Source: Alphaproteobacteria bacterium (GTDB lineage: Bacteria > Pseudomonadota > Alphaproteobacteria > Rhizobiales > Aestuariivirgaceae). Taken from it: a DNA stretch of 64,000 nucleotides. The DNA lies in assembly GCA_024642465.1 (NCBI GenBank), contig JAHEBA010000006.1:117-64116 (forward strand), read 5' to 3'. The first letter of the stretch is position 1; every line of letters begins with the position of its first letter. Of this stretch, positions 58,967 to 64,000 are shown in pieces. The position numbers and the translations under genes are program-made. Under the pieces are notes generated by a model, which was given only the letters and a program-made list of their open reading frames with translations, searched no databases and had not been told where the DNA came from.

Positions 58967-59052
58967 CAGGTCAGCATCCTCGCTAGGGCGCGAAAAATAC
59001 TCGCGGCCCTGAATGTCCCGTCTAGCCGATCGGCAGCCTGATTGGAATCGGA

Positions 59053-59964
59053 TTAGTGCGCCGGCCTGATGAAGGTGCCGTTGTTGAGCTCATTGATCGC
59101 CTGTACCAGTTCCTCGCGGGTGTTCATGACGATTGGGCCGTGCCAGGCGACCGGTTCGCGGATCGGCTTGCCGGTGACCAGCAGGAAGTGCACGCCTTCG
59201 GGGCCGGCCTGCACGAACACCTCGTCGCCGGTGTCGAACCGCACCAGCGTGCGGTTGCCGGACAGGTCTCGGATGTTCAGTTCCTCGCCCTGGTACTCCT
59301 TCTCTACCCGCACGCCTTCCGGATCAGATGCGTACTCGAACTTGCCCGCGCCCTGGAATACGTAGGCGAAGGCCGAGGCGTGGGTGTCCACCGGCAGCCG
59401 CTTCGCCTTGAGCGGAGGCACGGTCACGTCGAGATAGACCGGGTTGGCTGCGATGCCGTCCACAGGTCCGCGCTTGCCCCAGAATTCGCCAACGATGACG
59501 CGCACGCGGGTGCCGTCGTCATCGACGATCTCGGGAATGTCTGTGCCCTGGATGTCCTGGTAGCGCGGTGCGGTCATCTTGAGGCTGGAAGGCAGGTTGG
59601 CCCACAGCTGGAAGCCGTGCATCTGCCCCCTTGCGTTGCCGCGCGGCATCTCCTGGTGGAGAATGCCGGAACCGGCGGTCATCCACTGAACCGATCCAGG
59701 ACCCAGCACGCCGCGGTTGCCAAGGCTGTCGGCGTGTTCGACTTCGCCGTCCAGCACGTAGGTGATGGTCTCGATGCCGCGATGCGGATGCCAGGGAAAG
59801 CCTTTCTGGTAATGGGCGGGCACGTCGTTGCGGAAGTCATCCAGCATGAGGAACGGGTCGCACATGGTCGGATCGGTGAATCCGAACGCGCGGTGCAAGT
59901 GAACGCCGGCGCCTTCCATGGTGGGTTTGGCAAGTGAAGTGGTCTTTACGGGGCGGAATGACAT
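59053..59964 (-). CDS. Pirin family protein
   Basis: DPFLMLD, HPHRGIETITY, WMTAGSGILHQE, QLWANLP, GPIVMN. Confidence 0.93.
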   Translation of the reverse strand: MSFRPVKTTSLAKPTMEGAGVHLHRAFGFTDPTMCDPFLMLDDFRNDVPAHYQKGFPWHPHRGIETITYVLDGEVEHADSLGNRGVLGPGSVQWMTAGSGILHQEMPRGNARGQMHGFQLWANLPSSLKMTAPRYQDIQGTDIPEIVDDDGTRVRVIVGEFWGKRGPVDGIAANPVYLDVTVPPLKAKRLPVDTHASAFAYVFQGAGKFEYASDPEGVRVEKEYQGEELNIRDLSGNRTLVRFDTGDEVFVQAGPEGVHFLLVTGKPIREPVAWHGPIVMNTREELVQAINELNNGTFIRPAH

Positions 59965-60176
59965 GTTGCTTTCACCATGGGCTGTGGAGCGTTGCGGATG
60001 CTCTCAGATTTAGGAGATCTGCATCAAAACGGAAGTAATGGCCGGAGGTTCCACTTGCAGTCCGGCGTGATAGCACCTATGCCCGGCGGGCATTGCCGGA
60101 AAGTTGCCCATACAAGGCGTTGCCGGTTGGATTTTTCGACAGTTGGCTAGTAGTGTTCAGCCAGCGGAGGAATGTC

Positions 60177-61925
60177 GTGGAACGCAAGCTTGCTGCCATA
60201 CTTGCAGCCGACGTCGTCGGATACTCCAGCCTCATGGCTGCGGATGAAGCCGGTACACTTTCAGCCCTCAAGACGCACAGGGCAGATGTGTTCGATCCGC
60301 TGATTGCCCGGCACGGAGGCCGTGTCGTGAAGCTGATGGGCGACGGTGTGCTGGTGGAGTTTGCCTCGATCGTCAACGCCGTGCAGGCGGCCATTGCAAT
60401 CCAGATGGCCTCTGCCCAGTCAGGCAACCCGATCCGCCTCAGGATCGGCATCAATCTGGGCGATGTCATCATCGAGGGGGATGACCTGTACGGTGACGGC
60501 GTCAATGTTGCTGCCCGGCTGGAGCAAATGGCCGATGCGGGTGGCATCCTGATATCCGATGACATTCTCCGCTATTCCGCCGGCAAGGTCGACGGTCAGT
60601 TCGAAGAGCTTGGCGAACGCCAGTTCAAGAACATTGCCAAACCTGTGCGCGTCTGGCGCTGGCAAGGGCAGACCGCCGGCACCGGGACCGGCAAGCCGGA
60701 AAAGGCCCGGCAGGGCGAGCCGTTGAGCCTGCCGGACAAGCCATCGGTTGCGGTTCTGCCGTTCGACAACATGTCCGGTGACCCCGAGCAGGAATACTTT
60801 GCCGATGGCGTGGTCGAGGCGCTCACCGCAGCTCTCAGCCGGATCAAGTCGTTCTTCGTGATCGCACGCAATTCCGCTTTTGCCTACAAGGGGCGGCCGA
60901 CCAACGTGCGCGACATCGGGCGCGAGCTCGGGGTCGGCTACGTGCTGGAAGGCAGCGTGCAGCGGGCGGGCGGGCGGGTTCGCATCACGGTGCAGCTGAT
61001 CGAGACGGAAACCGGTGCGCACATCTGGGCGGAAAAGTATGACGGTTCACTGGATGACATCTTCGACCTACAGGACAGCATTACTGAGCAGGTGGCCGGC
61101 GCCCTGCAGCCGTCGATCAGGCTGGCCGAGATTGAAAGGGTAGGGCGCAAGCGGCCACAGGATCTTGGTGCCTACGACTACACCATGCGGGCGTTCAAGC
61201 ACGTGTGGGCGCTGGAAAAGGACGAAACCGCAAAGGGCTTGCGGCTGCTGGACGAGGCGTTGAGCATCGAGCCTGACTATCCCCTCGCGCTGGCCCTCGC
61301 AGCCTGGTGTCATGCGCAATCGTCGGTCTACAACTGGGCGTCGGACATCGCTGCCAGCAAGAACGAAGCCTTGTGGCTGGCAGAACGGGCGGCAGACATC
61401 TCAGCCGACGATCCGCTGATCCTTACGGTGCTTGGGACGGTGCATACCTTCGTGCGCAATTATGGCGCCGCGCGGGTGCTGTTGCAGCGCGCGGTGGCGC
61501 TCGATCCGAATTCCGCCTGGGCCTGGAGCCGGCTCGGCTGGCTGGCAACCTATGCTGACCGGCCATCTGAAGCGCGCGAGAATTTCGAGAGATCGCTGCG
61601 GCTCAGTCCGCTCGATCCGATGAATTTTAATAATTATGTGGGGCTTGGGTCGGCCTGTCAGGTTGCCGGGGATGACAATGGGGCGGCTGAGATGTTCCTG
61701 CGGGCGCTGGATGAACGGCCCAACGCATTCTGGATACACCGCAATCTCTCGGCGGCCCTGCTGGGAGCAGGGCGGATCGAGGAAGCCCGGCGATCTCGGG
61801 ACGTGCTGCTCAAGGCCTATCCCGAGATGACGGTGACGCGCTTCAAGGATGCCATGGTGTTCTCGCCCGCCGTCCTGGACCGCATCGGCAAGCAGCTTCT
61901 CGACCTTGGCATCCCGGAAGCCTGA
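60177..61925 (+). CDS. Class III adenylate cyclase with TolB-like and TPR domains
   Basis: ADVVGYS, KLMGDG, GDGVNVAARL, PSVAVLPF.NMSGD, TPRs; GGAGG RBS before GTG at 60177. Confidence 0.9.
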   Translation: MERKLAAILAADVVGYSSLMAADEAGTLSALKTHRADVFDPLIARHGGRVVKLMGDGVLVEFASIVNAVQAAIAIQMASAQSGNPIRLRIGINLGDVIIEGDDLYGDGVNVAARLEQMADAGGILISDDILRYSAGKVDGQFEELGERQFKNIAKPVRVWRWQGQTAGTGTGKPEKARQGEPLSLPDKPSVAVLPFDNMSGDPEQEYFADGVVEALTAALSRIKSFFVIARNSAFAYKGRPTNVRDIGRELGVGYVLEGSVQRAGGRVRITVQLIETETGAHIWAEKYDGSLDDIFDLQDSITEQVAGALQPSIRLAEIERVGRKRPQDLGAYDYTMRAFKHVWALEKDETAKGLRLLDEALSIEPDYPLALALAAWCHAQSSVYNWASDIAASKNEALWLAERAADISADDPLILTVLGTVHTFVRNYGAARVLLQRAVALDPNSAWAWSRLGWLATYADRPSEARENFERSLRLSPLDPMNFNNYVGLGSACQVAGDDNGAAEMFLRALDERPNAFWIHRNLSAALLGAGRIEEARRSRDVLLKAYPEMTVTRFKDAMVFSPAVLDRIGKQLLDLGIPEA

Positions 61926-61928
61926 GCG

Positions 61929-62357
61929 CTATTCGGGAACGGCTTCGCCCGAGCCGCCCAGTTCTGCCGGAAAGTCCTTCAGCTTGGGCAGACCGTCCTT
62001 CATGGGCAGTACCGTCTCGGCATAGTTCACATGCACCACCGGCTCGAACTTCAGCGAAGGGATAGTGGCGGCATAGACGTCTACCAGGCCGATCGGGGCA
62101 TGGTTGGTCAACACGTGACCGCCACACTTGCGGCAGAACTGGCGGTCGCTCAATTCGGTCTTCTGGTAGTGGGCGAGATAGTCTTCTCCCCCGGTGACCC
62201 TGACATTCTCCGGCTTCCACAGCGTGAAGGCGTTGACCGGGCCGGCTGACCAGGACCGGCAGGAACTGCAATGGCAATATCCCATCGCCTCCGGCGCGCC
62301 CGAAACCTCTACCTCTACTTCGCCGCAAAAACACGTTCCCTTGTGTTTGGATGTCAT
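61929..62357 (-). CDS. GFA (glutathione-dependent formaldehyde-activating / CENP-V) family protein
   Basis: GTCFCG, CHCSSCR, FCRKCG. Confidence 0.88.
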   Translation of the reverse strand: MTSKHKGTCFCGEVEVEVSGAPEAMGYCHCSSCRSWSAGPVNAFTLWKPENVRVTGGEDYLAHYQKTELSDRQFCRKCGGHVLTNHAPIGLVDVYAATIPSLKFEPVVHVNYAETVLPMKDGLPKLKDFPAELGGSGEAVPE

Positions 62358-62478
62358 GGCCGTCCATCTCCCGTTGGTTGAAAGTTCCCCGGTAGGCTGA
62401 ACAGTCTCCAATGAGCAATGCCCGATGGCAACGTCATGCGCCTAGTGGGCGCAGCGGCGTTGCAACCGGCATTCGCGG

Positions 62479-63366
62479 TTACACCAGGTGCTTGTTGAAG
62501 AAACCGAGGGTCCGCTGCCATGCCAGTTCCGCCGCGGCCTTGTCGTAGCGGGGGGTCGAGTCGTTGTGGAAGCCGTGGTTGGCGCCTTCGTAGATGTAGG
62601 CCTCGTAGGTCTTGTTGTGCTGCTTGAGCGCGGCTTCGTAAGCGGGCCAGCCGGCGTTGATGCGCTCATCGAGACCGCCATAGTGCAGCTGCAGCGGCGC
62701 CTTGATGCGCGGCACGTCTTCTGCCGCTGCCTGGCGGCCATAGAAAGGCACGGATGCATTGAGTTCGGGATAGGCGACCGCCAGCGCATTGCAAACCCCG
62801 CCGCCATAGCAGAATCCGACGCAGCCAACCTTGCCGGTTGAATCGTCGCGGGCCGCAAGGTGTTCGTAGGCGGCGAAGAAGTCGTTCATCAGCTTCTGCG
62901 GATCGACAGTCCGTTGCAGCGCGCGGCCATCGTCATCGTTGCCGGGGTAGCCGCCGACTGAGGACAAGCCATCCGGTGCCAGCGCCATGAAGCCGGCTTT
63001 CGCCAGCCTGCGGGCAACGTCCTTGATGTAGGGATTGAGGCCGCGGTTCTCGTGGATCACCAGCACGGCGGAAAGCTTTTCCGCGGCCTTGGCGGGTTTG
63101 ACCAGGTAAGCCTCAACCTCGCCGTGGCCGTTGGGCGAGGGGTACTTGACGTAGTTGGCCTTGATGTCGGGATCGTTGAACGAAACCTGTTCAGCCAGCG
63201 CATAGTCCGGTTTCATCAGGTCGAACAGCATCGCGGCGGTCATGCCGGCCGCGGCATACTTCGCCGCGCGGTCCAGGAACTCGCGCTTTGTGATCATCCC
63301 GTGCGCGTAATAGTCGTAAAGTTCGAGCAGTTCGGGGGCGAAATCCTTCGCGGTGAGGCGGGTCAT
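62479..63366 (-). CDS. Dienelactone hydrolase family protein (YghX-like)
   Basis: HENRGLNP, GFCYGG, D.RINAG, HGFHNDSTPRY. Confidence 0.92.
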   Translation of the reverse strand: MTRLTAKDFAPELLELYDYYAHGMITKREFLDRAAKYAAAGMTAAMLFDLMKPDYALAEQVSFNDPDIKANYVKYPSPNGHGEVEAYLVKPAKAAEKLSAVLVIHENRGLNPYIKDVARRLAKAGFMALAPDGLSSVGGYPGNDDDGRALQRTVDPQKLMNDFFAAYEHLAARDDSTGKVGCVGFCYGGGVCNALAVAYPELNASVPFYGRQAAAEDVPRIKAPLQLHYGGLDERINAGWPAYEAALKQHNKTYEAYIYEGANHGFHNDSTPRYDKAAAELAWQRTLGFFNKHLV

Positions 63367-63490
63367 CGGAGGGCTCCTTGCTGATGTCCGGGGGTGGCCA
63401 CGATTGCAGCCTCACAAAATGAAGCAGCTGCCTGTCATCAATGTGACCGAACGGCAAACGGTTCCGCCCACCCTTCGGCGCACCGTCAAA

Positions 63491-63527
63491 TGCAAAAGGG
63501 GCCGCCCGGCGGGCAGCCCCTTTTGCA
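63491..63527 (-). terminator. Strong intrinsic terminator (bidirectional-looking)
   Basis: TGCAAAAGGGG-CCGCCC...GGGCAG-CCCCTTTTGCA. Confidence 0.8.
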
Positions 63528-63553
63528 CAATGCGTATGAGGTCGTTTCGACGC

Positions 63554-63573
63554 TTAGCGTTTCGAGAACTGGA
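63554..63573 (-). mobile_element. Putative att core: duplicated 3' end of rpsI (ribosomal protein S9)
   Basis: Minus strand TC CAG TTC TCG AAA CGC TAA = QFSKR*, with no S9 sequence upstream; flanked by a terminator and an abrupt AT-rich junction. Confidence 0.7.
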
Positions 63574-64000
63574 TTTTTTAAAATATTTTATAAATCAACG
63601 TCATGAGACTGGTATTTTGTTTTGTCAACTTAATGTCAAGAAACGTTACACGTCTAAGGGCATCACTAATTCACGGTGATGCCCTTCAAATTAGAGCCTA
63701 TGTAGTTTGTGCCCGTTACCTGTAAGGACTGTTGCAGTAGTGGTCACGGCCATCATATCCCCTGTAAGTATCGGTTCGAGGGTTATATGACCTGTATCTG
63801 TTGAGGCACCATTCGACGTGGCCACCTCCACCGTAGCTCGGCCTGCCATAATAGGGTGCTGCAACTGCAGCAGCACCTAGCCACCATGGAACAGCATACC
63901 AATAGCCTCTATAATAGTGACCATGACCGTGACGACGGTACCGATAACGATGGCCATGACGGTGTTTATTATAATGACGTTTTTTGCCCACCAATTCTAC
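63574..64000. mobile_element. Edge of an AT-rich putative integrated element (continues beyond the window)
   Basis: Sharp drop in GC at 63574; AT tract, IHF-like AATCAACGTCATG, TGTCAA repeats at 11-bp period. Confidence 0.55.
63716..64000 (-). CDS. BA14K family protein (5' truncated by window edge)
   Basis: HVEWCLNRYRSYNPRTDTYRGYDGRDHYC BA14K motif after a His/Arg/Tyr-rich stretch and a hydrophobic segment. Confidence 0.88.
   Translation of the reverse strand, partial: VELVGKKRHYNKHRHGHRYRYRRHGHGHYYRGYWYAVPWWLGAAAVAAPYYGRPSYGGGGHVEWCLNRYRSYNPRTDTYRGYDGRDHYCNSPYR

Noticed and set aside
560..62000. Many long antisense or alternate-frame ORFs (e.g. 2126-3511, 15787-17508, 39570-41081, 42750-44483)
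   Set aside because: They shadow well-supported genes, have Arg/Ala/Gly/His-biased composition with no family motifs, and are expected in high-GC DNA.

Overview
GC-rich chromosomal segment of an alphaproteobacterium (inferred from a GTTC-N7-GTTC LexA box, a BA14K gene, imuABC and dct/bet/cho gene styles). It is densely coding, with about 58 genes, mostly for scavenging organic nitrogen and carbon: three Rieske oxygenase alpha subunits, a dimethylglycine-dehydrogenase-like enzyme, an AGAT-like amidinotransferase, dctBD-dctPQM, paaIK, iorAB, amt-glnK, a glutamine-synthetase-like/aminotransferase pair, a second TRAP system, betI-betA with choXWV, the SOS cassette imuA-imuB-dnaE2, a Ni/Co transporter, a cobalt nitrile hydratase operon, MscS, pirin and a TPR adenylate cyclase. 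I saw no rRNA, tRNA, CRISPR array or transposase. Main observations: (1) at 63554-63573 an orphan copy of the last codons of rpsI (QFSKR*) sits between a strong terminator and an abrupt switch to AT-rich DNA, probably the att boundary of an element integrated in rpsI that runs off the right edge; (2) a divergent amidinotransferase / Rieske oxygenase / racemase-like locus with an NtrC-like box, a candidate uncharacterised pathway for guanidino compounds; (3) a Cys-rich metallophosphoesterase-fold gene coupled to nitrile hydratase; (4) an FAH-family enzyme with a signal peptide; (5) a REP-like doublet inside imuABC, a frameshifted tspO and a cyclase remnant. All calls come from motif recognition by eye; no searches were run.
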